From Malacoraja senta (Eukaryota), in assembly GCA_038087875.1 (NCBI GenBank), contig CM075989.1, positions 23,128,001 to 23,192,000 of the forward strand: 64,000 nt of DNA, given 5' to 3'. Of the stretch, positions 25,181-36,606 are shown in pieces. The translations under genes were made by a program, and so were the position numbers. Under the pieces are notes generated by a model that ran no database searches, was not told where the DNA came from, and saw nothing but the letters and a program-made list of their open reading frames with translations. The first letter of the stretch is position 1. The number at the start of each line of letters is the position of its first letter.

Positions 25181-25540
25181 AGCTTGCAACCCAGCAGTAT
25201 GAATATTGATTTCTCTTACTTCGGGTGACTCTTGCTTTCCCTCTTTCCCCGTCCCTCCCCCATCCTGGTTTTCCGACTAGTTCTACTGTCCTCCTGATTA
25301 AATATTACTGATTTTATGCCGCCTTGTCACTTTCCCCTCACCTAACAATGAATCATGCTACATTTCCTTATCGTATGCTTTGATCTGTCGTTTTCACACC
25401 TTACCCTTCCATATCCCTAGACTCCATCTCCCCTGACTCTCAGTCTGAAGATGGGTCTCGACCCGAAACATTACCCATTCCTTCTCTCCAGAGTTGCTGC
25501 CTGTCCTGCTGAGTTACTCCAGTGTTTTGTGTCTACCTGC
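25181..25540 (+). mobile_element. Penelope-like element 3' end (endonuclease C-terminus + 3' repeat with hammerhead-like core)
   Basis: LQPSSMNIDFSYFG* resembles the PLE GIY-YIG terminus (LxPxGxN). It is followed by a pyrimidine-rich UTR and CTGAAGATGGGTCTCGACCCGAAAC. A related segment is at ~53870-54175 on the - strand. Confidence 0.7.
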
Positions 25541-28500
25541 CATTCACTAACTCTGCTCCAAAAGGAATTTGTCCACATACCTCAATGGGTTGGACTGCAG
25601 TGTGAGGAACCGAGCCAAATACAAAGCAATTTATACTCCCCAATTAATTAATTTAGCGTAAATGCTTTTAATAGTTTTAAATTGATTTTAAGTGGGTAAC
25701 GTTGAAGAGACTGTAAATTTAAATTTTTTAAATTTATTTGCGGTTTTAATGACTTTAATACTTTTTGACAGGAACATTCAGAAACACAAATAGTTCTTAA
25801 CAGGCTTCACATGTGCCTTAGCCTGAGGGACATGGTTTAGCCATTTATCAAGCTTGGCATCTGTTTACTCTGACCACCCACATATACATTGCAAGACAGG
25901 ACAAAAGGCCCAAACATCTCAAAATTGGGGTTGGAACTACTCTGGCATGGTCACCACTACTGGCTACGTTTAGCTGGCACAGTGGTGCAGCGGTAGACTT
26001 GCTGCCTTACAGCACCAGAGACCCGGGTTCGATCCTGACCGTGGGTGCTGTCTGTACGGGGTTTGTACGTTCTCTTTGTGACCGCGTGGGTTTTCTCCGG
26101 GTGCACTGGTTTCCAGTTTGCAGGCTAATTGGCTTGGTATAAACATTAGAGAAGCAGCAACATGATACCTGATAACGAGGATGTTGCCAGGACTTGAGGG
26201 TCTGATCTACAGGGAGAGGTTGGGGCAGGCTGGGACTCTATTCCCTGGAGCACAGGAGGATGAGGGGTGATCTTACAGCGGTGTACAAGATCATGAGAGG
26301 ATTAGATAGGGTGAATGCACAAAGTGTTTTGCCCGAAGTAGGGGAATCAAGAACCAGAGGACATCGGTTTAAGGTGAGGGGGGAAAGATTTAATACAAAC
26401 TTTTTTCTCACAATGGGGCGGTGGGTGTATGGAACGAGTTGCTGGAGGAGGTTGTTGTCACCCATTTAAGAAACATTTGGACAGGTACATGGATGGGGTA
26501 GGTGTGGAGGGATATTGGCCAAACAATGCAGGTGGGACTAGTGCAGATGGGGCAAGTAGTTCGGAGTGGGCAAGTTGGGCTGAAGGGCCTGTTTCCACGC
26601 TGTACGAGTCCATGATTCTGATAAACGTATTTCAAATGAGCAACTTTCTAGTCACAGAATCTCAGTGGGTCTTTGCATATTTGGGATTGGTTTCAGCACA
26701 GGGGGATCTTATCCAATTCTTGTTGCATTACCATGGAATCCTTCACACTTCATTCGTTGCAACAAATGTTTTAGCAGATGAAAGATGGAATTGAATTTCA
26801 GTTCTTCATCCTATATCAATAGTGTTTTTGAACTTTGTGTTCTTTTTGGAAGATTTTCAAATGCGCTGAACCTTTTCATTATTGGCTTGGCCCTGGAAGA
26901 AGCTATCATTTTATTCATCATCATGGGTAGGGATGTTATCCAAAACTGGGCAGGAAGGATCTGGTGTCCCAAGTTGAAGAGGATTGGGAGAGATCTTGCT
27001 GTGCTTCTGTCAACAACTTTAACTCAAACGACACCAAGACACAGAATACCTTATGATTTTATTACTGTTAATGCAACCTCTTAGTTGTATATCTACCTCA
27101 TTCAGTTCTTCTGTTATTGTACTGTAGATAGACACATAATGCTGGAGTAACTCAGCAGGACAGGCAGCATCTCTGAGAAGGTTAGAAGGATTGGGTGACG
27201 TCTCGGATTAAGACCCTTCTTCAGACTTCAGACCCGAAAAGTCACCCATTCCTTCTCGCCAGAGATGCTGCCTGTCCCGCTGAGTTGCGGCAGCATTTTG
27301 TGTCTATCTTCGGTGTAAACCAGCATCTGCAGTTCCTTCTTCACATTCAGTTATTGTACTTTAATATTTTTGCACTAGTTTAGATTAGTTTGGGGATACA
27401 GCTTGGAAACAGGCCCTTCAGCCCATCGAATCCGTGCCGACCCATAATCCACTAGCATTATCCTACAAGCACTAGGACAATTTACTTTTTTTATAAACCG
27501 AAGCCAATTAACCTACAAACCTGTACGTACGTCTTTGTAGTGTGGTAGGAATCCGGAGGACCCGGGGAAAGGAAGGTGAAAGCTAAATAAACAGCCCTAG
27601 ATTGTGGGAAAGAGAAAGAATAGATTGTGTTCTTACTGCAGAAGCTGGAATCTTACAGAGAACATACAGTGCAGGGTAACTCACTGAGACAGGCTGCATC
27701 TCTGGAAGAGAGGATCAGAGAGGAGGGGGGCATGAGGACTATTGTATGGGCAGAGAGAAGGGGGCATGAGGAAGAAGGGTCTCACCCCGAAACGTCACCC
27801 ATTCCTTCTCTCCAGAAATGCTGCCTGCCCTACTGAGTTACACCAGCTTTTTTAGTCTAGCATCTCTGGAAGGCACGGATAGGTGATGTATCAGTTCAGG
27901 ATCCTTCCTCAGACATTCAAAAGATATTTGGACAAGTTTCATGGGTAAGAAGGGTTTACAGGGATATTAACAAAATGTGTGGAAATGGGACTAGGTTCCA
28001 TGCTGCAACCCAAAGGGGCTGTTTTCATGCTGTTTGACTCTATGACTCGAGAGATGTGGACAGAACAATGGTGTTACAGACTTAGGAAGCCAGGTTACAT
28101 TTCAAAAGTGGAAGGGTTGGTAATGGATGAGACAGAAAACTTCAGTGTCAACTCAGAGATGAAGCAAAGGCTGAGGACAAGGATTGTGAAGTTCAGCCCA
28201 ACTGATGAACTGTAAAGGTATGTGTAGGAAGGAACTGCAGATGCTGGCTTAAATTGAAGATAGGCACAAAATGCAGGAGTAACTCAGCGGGACAGGCAGC
28301 ATCTCTGGAGAGAATTGTAAAGGTAAGTGGAATGAGTTGATATGGTTCAGATTGATGGGGGGGGGGACACGTTTGTTTTCTGGGGGCAAGACAGAGTCGC
28401 GGAAAACAAATGCATCCAAATGGAGAACGTATGCGATCATTCCTCACTTGACATTGAGCAAGAACTGGGGGCGGGCAGGTCACAGATAATAGATCACATC

Positions 28501-28682
28501 CATCTATCATTGTCTGGAAAGTACGCCAAACCTGCATTCATTATTTAAGGAATATTTTGACATTCAAAAGCAAATTATAATGTTATAATTATAGTCAATG
28601 ATATTGTAAGCTTTTGACAACTTGGAATTGATTGTAACCTGTTTAATCAAGTAATGCATTCATATTTTCACGTTGGCTGCAG

Positions 28683-28771
28683 CTGCTTGAATACTGTGCG
28701 TTCTCAATGCAACTGGATGAGATTGCTCTTGTAATTTCCGATGGACAGTATGCCTACAGTCACGTTGGGAG
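28683..28771 (+). CDS. fkbp16: fkbp16-like exon, second part of FKBP domain (LLEYCAFSMQLDEIALVISDGQYAYSHVGR)
   Basis: Acceptor ctgcag| and donor AG|gtaagg flank an 89-nt exon, phase 0 to 2. The peptide matches FKBP8 [30 protein letters not shown]. Confidence 0.9.
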
Positions 28772-28971
28772 GTAAGGTCACTCTTTATAGAACCTTGTTC
28801 TGAGAGCAAATGAGGAACTAAGTTTCTTGACATCAAAATGTTACAGTCGAAATCGTCAACAAAGATAAAGTTGATGATGGCCAATTAAATGGAATATGTC
28901 TCAGATCTGGCTGTACGGGGGGGGGTTTTGCAGCGAGTGTTTCATTAAGTCTTGAAGCTTTGAGAAACTTA

Positions 28972-29260
28972 TGGGCCTGTCCCACTTACGCGACTTTTTC
29001 GGCGACTGCCGGCACCCGTCAGAGGTCGTTGCAGGTCGGCGAAAATTTTCGACGTAGAAAATTCAGCGGTGACCAGAAAGATGCTACGACTCTTAGGGCG
29101 ACTGAGGAGACGACTCACGACCGTACAGGCGACACCCTGGCGACATGTCGCGGGATGAAGCCTGTATGGTCGTAAGTAGTCGCCTAAAGAGTCGTACCTT
29201 GTTCTGGTCGCCACTGGATTTTCAACATGATGAAAATTTTTGGCGGCCTATAACGACCTA
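28972..29260. mobile_element. Truncated Harbinger-like MITE (one TIR); a related one-ended copy is at ~58670-58836
   Basis: Starts GGGCCTGTCCCACTTACGCG and shares internal sequence (gagtcgtacctt...ctggattttcaacatg) with the ~58670-58836 copy. Confidence 0.75.
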
Positions 29261-29709
29261 TTGGTGAGATATCTTGCACACATTACAAGGAACTCTTTTG
29301 CAATTCATTGTCTAATGTAGAAATAGATTAGATTTGTGTGCAGGAGCTAATCTTACATCAAAGATAGACACAAAAAGCTGGAGTAACTCCTCCGGTCAGA
29401 TGGCATCTCTGGAGAAAAGGAATAGGTGATATTTCGAGTGGAGACCCTTCTTCAGACGCGTCGGAGAGCAGGAGGAATCACAGAGAGAGAGGGTGTTGCA
29501 GAACTCTCGTCGGAGAGAGGAGCAGAACTTCAAAGTAGGCATACCTTGAGGAGATTTCGCAGTGGAGCAGACGAGATGTGTAGGAAGGAACTGCAGATGC
29601 TGGATTAAACCGAAGATAGACACAAAAAGCTGGAGTAACTCAGCGGGACAGGCAGCATCTCTGGAGAGAAAGAATAAGTGAAGCTTTGGGTTGAGACCTT
29701 TCTTCAGAC

Positions 29710-30205
29710 AGTTCAGTTTAGTTTATTGTCACGTGTACTGATGTATCATGAAAACCTTTTGTTGCGCGCTATCCAGTCAGCAGAAAGACAATACATGATT
29801 ACAATTGAGCCATTTACAGTGTATAGATACATGCTAAGGGAATAGTGTTTAGTGCAAGGTAAAGCCAGCAAAGCCCGATCAAGGATAGTCCAAGGGTCAC
29901 CAAAAAGGTAGATAGTAGTTCAGGACTGCTCTCTGGTTGTGGTAGGATGATTCAGTTGCCTGATAACAGCTGGGAAGAAACTGCTCCTGAATCTGGAGGT
30001 GTGCGTTTTCACACTTCTGTACCTTTTGCCTGATGGGAGAGGGGAGAAGAGGGAGTGGCCAGGGTGCGACTCGTCCTTGATTATGCCGCTGGCCTTGCCG
30101 ATGCAGCGTGAGGTGTAAATGGAGGCAATGGAAGGGAGGTTGGTTTGTGTGATGGTTTGGGCTGCGTCCACAATTCGCTGCAATTTCTTGCGGTCTTGGG
30201 TGGAG
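29710..30205 (-). mobile_element. Rex1/Babar-type LINE 3' fragment (others at ~24390-25150, ~37730-38148, ~41830-42110, ~45535-46020)
   Basis: QRIVDAAQTITQTNLPSI..IYTSRC..KASGIIKDESHPGHSLFSPLPSGKRYRS...RFRSSFFP is a Rex1-type ORF C-terminus. The 3' UTR ends GTGACAATAAACTAAAC. Confidence 0.85.
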
Positions 30206-33200
30206 CATTAATTTATTAATGTTTAAACAGTCATTCTCCGAGGGGAAGCTGCAAATGTATCTTCTGGTTGTTCAGCATTCCTGTTGCTTGTTGGTCAGAT
30301 ATCTTGCACACATTACAAGGAACTCATTTGCAATTCATTGTCTAATGTAGAAATACTGTAGATTAGATGAGTGGGCAGGAGCTAATCTTATATACAAAGG
30401 GTGTTCCAGATTGATTACTTGTGTTTTTGCAGTTGTCATTTTGCGACCTGTTCTGTGGATTCCCTCTGCTTGTTGCCTTTCAAGCGCTCCCAGTTTTGCT
30501 TTGAGGCCGAGGCAATGCCTGAGCCAGAAGTTTCACCACAATGAGTCCATTTGTGGAGAGATTGGATTGCATTGGGGTGTATTCATTGGAGTTTAGAGAT
30601 ACAGCAGCGTGGAAACAGGCCCTTCGGCCCACCGAGTCCACGCCGACCAGCAATCATCCCGTACTCTAACATTATCCTACACACTAGGGGCAATTTACTA
30701 TTTACAGAAGCCAATTAACCTACAAACCCGCGTGTCTTTGGTGTGTGGAAGGAAACCGGAGCACCCGGAGGAAACCCATGTGGTCACGGGGAGAACCTAC
30801 AAACTCCGTACAAACGGCATCTGCAGACAGGATTGAACCGGGGTCTCTGGCGCTATGAGGTAGTGACTCCACCTCTGTGCCACCCCTCCGGGTGCTCCGG
30901 TTTCCTCCCACATCTCAAAGTATTGCAGCTTCTAGGGTTATTTGCCCCTCCGTAAGGCCAATTGCCCGAGGGGGATAACATAGAACTGGTGTGATCGGGT
31001 GATCGGTCAGGGGCCTTCAAACCCAAGCATAAGATCTAAGGCTCCTCCAACACAACCTTCTAGACCCCCAATCCCACCTCACTCACCATCACTCCTTTGG
31101 TTCCTCTTGACTAAGCAATTGCACAGAATCTAAGGCCCCCAACCCGAAACATCACCCGTCCTTTCCCTCCAGAGATGCTGCCTGACCCGCTGATTTACTC
31201 CAGCACTTTGTGTCTATCTTCACAGAATCCAATCCTTTCCCAAGTATTTTCAGCTGCTTCATCAAATGACCTTCCTGCTATCACAACGTCGGAAACAGGA
31301 ATGTTCTCTGATGTTCACAGTGTTCAGTTCTGTTCGCACGTCATTAGATAGCGAGGCTGTTCCTGCCTGCATCCTGGAAGACCACGGTGTTACTCATCCA
31401 AAAGCTGATAAGTGCCAAGTAAATTCAGCATTACTCAAGTACAAGCAGTGGTCATCTCCAACAAGATCAACCACCCCACAACATTCAATGGCATCATCAG
31501 CTCCTGATGTATAGAAGTTGAGGGGTCATGTTGCAGCGATCCCCGCACATTAACACTACCCTACACACACTAGGAACAGTTTACACATACAACAAGCCAA
31601 TTAACCTATGTACCTGTACGTCTTTGGAGTGTGGGAGGAAGCCGAAGATCTCGGAGAAAACCCACGCGGTCACGGGGAGAACGTGGAAACCGTACAGACA
31701 GCATCCAAAAAGATGAAGGAGAGCAAGCAAATGTGAGAGCCGTCTCCTGCAACCTCCCCTGAAATAACCAACGTAGAAATGATTTAATGTGGGGTCAATA
31801 CCTGGTGCTTGTTTGCTTCTTGTAGCAGGAGCAACTTCACCACATGGTTTGGAGGGTGACGGACCAAGCGAAGGGAAGTGGGACTAGTGTAGCTGGGACA
31901 TTGACCGGTGTGGGCAAGTTGGGCCGAAGGGCCTGTTTCCACACTGTATCACACGATGACTCTATCCATTTCTCAAGTGATGGATTAAAGAATGTTGACC
32001 TTAGCAATACTGCCAACATCTTGTGAGGGAATTTGATTTAAGTTTAATACATTTGGTTCAGATTGTTCTGAACGCACTCCTCCAGATTCAGGGACAGCTT
32101 CCTCCCAGCTGTTATCAGCAACTAGAGAGCAGCCCTGAGCTGCTCTCTGCCTCTTTGATCTGACTTTAAGGCAGAGATAGATAGATTCTTGATTAGTACA
32201 GGTGTCAGAGGTTATGGGGAGAAGGCAGGAGAATGGGGTTAGGAGGGAGAGATAGATCAGCTATGATTGAATGGCGGAGTAGACCTGATGGGCCCAATGG
32301 CCTAATTCTACTCCTATTTTCTTATGACCTTAACTGGTCTTTACCTTGCATTAGATGATATTCATGTTATTCCCTTTATCATGCATTTGTATGCTGTAAA
32401 TGGCTCGATTGTAATCATGTATTGTCTTAACGCTGACTGGTTAGTACGCAACAAAAGCTTTTCACTGTACCTCAGTAAATGAGACAATGAACTGAACTCA
32501 ATTTGTGGGTAAGATTCAACTTGAATAGAGTTAGAAGACTGACTGAACGTTGTTGCCTTCCTCCACAGTGAAGAATGCTGTGGTGGATGTTTGTGTTCAA
32601 TCTTATTGTGTGTTGGGTGTTCTTTTTAAGGGTATCGCTGCTGGCAAATTCATTTCACTGCACCTTCGGGAGCATGTGACGAATAAAATTGACTTTGACT
32701 TTGACTTTTAACATTCTCGCTGAATGACTGTGATCCTTTGGAACCTTTCAGACCCCTGGTACATTATTTCTAAATGTCGGTTCGATAACCTGTGATCATT
32801 ACACCCTTTTTGCTGAGACTCTCGGTTACGTCCATTTCATTCAATGAAATTTTAAACGGTGCTTAAATAAATGTTGAAGGTTGCACTTCAGAGGAAAACA
32901 TGCAGCCGACTATTGCTGACCCACGAAACATTCCTTCAAAGCTAAATGTAAACTTTGCCATGGTGAATGTGTTAGACTTGAACCAAGGCCAGCGCTGAAG
33001 AACAAAGAAATGAGTCTTTCTACAGAACAGACAACTGAACAGAAACAAGTAATAATTATCTCATTTTACTATTTCCAGTAAAAAAATGTTAATTGAATCA
33101 TTTTTGGTTTCTGTTGTCCAATCTCAACAGTGGAACTGCTAGCAATTGGCTAATGCTAAGCTAAAGAATGATTAGTAGGACATTAAAAGCAGAAGGGGAG

Positions 33201-34697
33201 ACCATTTTGCACCTTGTTGTGTCGGAAGGAACTGCAAATGCTGGTTTATACCTAAGATAGACACAGAATGCTGTAACTCAGCGGGACAGGCAGCATCCCT
33301 GTGACCGCGTGGGTTTTCGCCGGGTGTTCTGGTTTCCTCCCACATTCCAAAGATGTGCGACTTTGTAGGCTAATTGGCTTCTGTGAAAATTAGCATTTGA
33401 CAATGTATCTTTGCTAATGGTTCAGCTGTAAAACATTTGACCAACTGAGGATCTTCTAGACAGCTGCCAGTAGCTCACCATCCACCTCCCATTTAATGGG
33501 TCAAGTCAGAAAGAGGGTGGCACGGTGGCACAGCTGGTAGTGCCGCTGCCTCACAGCACCAGAGACCCCGGTTCGATCCTGACCACGGCTGCTGTCTGTG
33601 CCGAGTTTGTACGTTCTCCCTGTGACTGCGTGGGTTTTCTCCGGGTGCTCCGGTTTCCTCCCACATCCCAAAGACCTTTGAGCTTGTAGGTTAATTGGCC
33701 TCAGTAAATTGCCTCTAGAGTGTAGGGAGTGGATGCAAAAGTGGGGTAACCTACAGCTAGTGTGGGCGGTGATCGATGGTCAGCGTGGACCCGATGGTCC
33801 ACACATTGAATTCACATCTGCAAGGCCATTGAACAAGATGGACAATCCGATTCCACAGATAACCTTTCATCCATTTGCAGTGTTTCCATTTAACAACGCA
33901 GCTCGTTTTTCTAAATAATGTTCCATAAAGTATGGAGGATACTCAGTAAAATCTTACTTGACTGAGACCAAATTTTACTGACCAACCAACATCTGTAACT
34001 GTGGAAATACTCTTCCATCACAAAGATCTGTAACAATTGAGCACATTAACGATGGAACAACAGGAGAATTGTTCCCCAGGCTGCTTTTAAACTTAAGTGG
34101 AATCATACTCATTATTTTTTAAGCTATATTGATTTTAATTGACTGCTATTCTTATAATGGGAATGGCAATAATTCAATAAAAATGTCATTCGTTCTGTAT
34201 AAAGTGCTGTGGGATGTTTTGAAAATGTGATAAGAGAATGTATAAAGGCAGGTCCTTGTAATGGGAGGACACATGTCCAGTGTCCAAACTTACCCTGCAG
34301 CCTGCTTTGCTGTTGTATTGAATACGTCTCACTTGGTGTGAGGGTGTAGAGGGACATGGGATAAATGCCAACTAGGTTGGCGTGGACATGGTGGGCCGAA
34401 GACCCTCTTTCCATGCTTGTACAGCTCAATAACTCTATGACTAGATTGACACAAAAAGCTGGCATAACTCAGCGGGCCAGGCAGCATCTCTGGAGAAAAG
34501 GAATGGGTGACAGTTTCAGGTCGAGACCCTTCGCAACCCTTTCTCCTGACTCTCGGCCTGATGAAATGTCTCGACCCGAAGCGTCACCTATTCCTTTTCT
34601 AGGTGACAATTTGGCGAAAGACCCTTCTTCAGAGTGGAGGGACAAGACTCCAGCCTGCAGAAGGGTCCTGACCAGAAATGTCACCCATCCTTTTTCT

Positions 34698-35258
34698 TCA
34701 GAGATGCTGCCTGACCCACTGAATTACTCCAGAACTCTGTGAAACGTCACCTATCCATGTTCTCCACAGATGCTGCCTGACCCGCTGAGTTACTCCAGCA
34801 CTCTGTGAAACGTCACCTATCCATGTTCTCCAGAGATGCTGCCTGACCCGCTGAGTTACTCCAGCACTCTGTAAAACGTCACCTATCCATGTTCCGGCAG
34901 CATCTATGGAGCGAAGGAAATAGGCAACGTTTCGGCCCGAAACCCTTCCGGGTTTCGGCCCGAAACGTTGCCTATTTCCTTCAGGGTTTCGGCCCGAAAG
35001 GTTGCCCATTTCCTTCGCTCCACAGATGCTGCCTGACACACTGAATTACTCCAGCACTCTGTGAAACGTCACCTATCCATGTTCTCCACAGATGCTGCCT
35101 GACCCGCTGTGTTACTCCAGCACTCTGTGAAACATCACCTATCCATGTTCTCCAGAGATGTTGCCTGACCCGCTGAGTTACTCCAGCACTCTGTGAAACG
35201 TCACCTATCCATGTTCTCCAGAGATGTTGCCTGACCCGCTGAGTTACTCCAGCACTTT
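34698..35258 (+). repeat. 66-bp tandem array derived from the Penelope-type repeat, interrupted at ~34895-35020
   Basis: Unit agatgctgcctgacccgctgagttactccagcactctgtgaaacgtcacctatccatgttctcca(c/g), period 66 (34702, 34768, 34834). Confidence 0.9.
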
Positions 35259-36329
35259 GTGACTATCTTACTGCTTGCCCTGTTGAATAATGGTTCATGA
35301 CTGCCGACCATTGTGTCAACAGGTATTGCTCAGTTTCATAAGTTCATATGTGATCGGAACAGAGTTAGGCCATTCGGGCCATCAAATCAACTCTGCCATT
35401 CAATCATGGCTGATCTATCTTTCTCTCTCAACCCTATTCATCTGCCTTCTCCCTATAACCTCTGACACCTGTAACTAATCAAAAATCTGTTCATCTCCGC
35501 CTTAAAAATATCCTGTGGCAATGATTCACCATCCTCTGACTAAAGAAATTCCTCCTCAGCTCCTTCCTAAAGGTAGGCCCTATTATTCTGAGCCTGTGGC
35601 CTCTGGTCCTAGACTCTCCCATTAGTGGAAACATTCTCTCCATGTTTACTCTATCCAGGCCTTTCACTATTGGGTACGTTTCATTGTTATTGGAGCTGCT
35701 TGTGTGTGGCTGTGGCTGTGACTGACTGTTGCATTGTACAAGGTTCCTAGCCCCAGGGTGATGTGGTGTTGATCTGAATTTCATCTGTGTCTCTTGGCTT
35801 ACTTGCTGCACTTTCTTGTCTTTCACTTTGCTCACACAAGTCTAGATCATCTCTGCTGCAGAGTATCTCTGGAAGGCGTGTCCACATAGGTGGTCCAAAA
35901 ATAAGTGGAGCTGGCTCCATTGTTGCTTTTGAATGTGAGGTTAATCTGTGATACCGTGAAAAGCAGTGGAGTTCGTACTTCCATGAACATTGCAGAAACT
36001 ATCTTCAGCATTGATGGTTCCTCTTCACTATTGGTTTGTGACCAGGGCGGTGTGGTTTTGTGAAGTGTAAAAGCTAGGCACACTTAATGAAGTCTTCTGA
36101 ATCGGGCCAACAGAGCTCGTCTCCATTCTGTACGGTTATAGTCATAGTCATACAGCGTGACAACCGGCTCTTCAGCCCAACTTGCCCAACACTGACCCAT
36201 CTACACTAGTCCCGCCTGCCTGCGTTTGGCCCATATCCTTCTAAACCTTTCCTAGCCATGTCCCTATCCAAATACCTTGTAAATGTTGAAACAAACAACT
36301 GCAGATGCTGATAGACCAGAGATAGACAC

Positions 36330-36606
36330 AAAGTGCTAGAGTAACTCAACGGGTCAGGCAGCATCAGCGGGTCAGGCAGCATCTCTGGAGAACATGGATA
36401 GGTGACGTTTCACAGAGTGCTGGAGTAACTCAGCGGGTCAGGCAGCATCTCTGGAGAACATGGATAGGTGACATTTCGCAGAGTGCTGGAGTAACTCAGC
36501 GGGTCAGGCAGCATCTCTGGAGAACATGGATAGGTGACATTTCTCAGAGTGCTGGAGTAACTCAGCGGGTCAGGCAGCATCAGCCGGTCAGGCAGCATCT
36601 CTGGAG
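36330..36606 (-). repeat. Second 66-bp tandem array, inverted relative to 34698-35258
   Basis: Reverse complement of the same unit, about 3.5 copies. Confidence 0.85.

Noticed and set aside
26785..27084. LALEEAII as the FKBP exon after GDVIK
   Set aside because: No suitable acceptor or further similarity. The real exon is 28683-28771.
30433..30544. Phase-compatible terminal exon after tttttgcag
   Set aside because: The short peptide has no similarity to FKBP8-family sequence and no other support.
34698..35258. CRISPR-like array
   Set aside because: Units are contiguous with no unique spacers, derive from the Penelope-type repeat and sit in vertebrate DNA.
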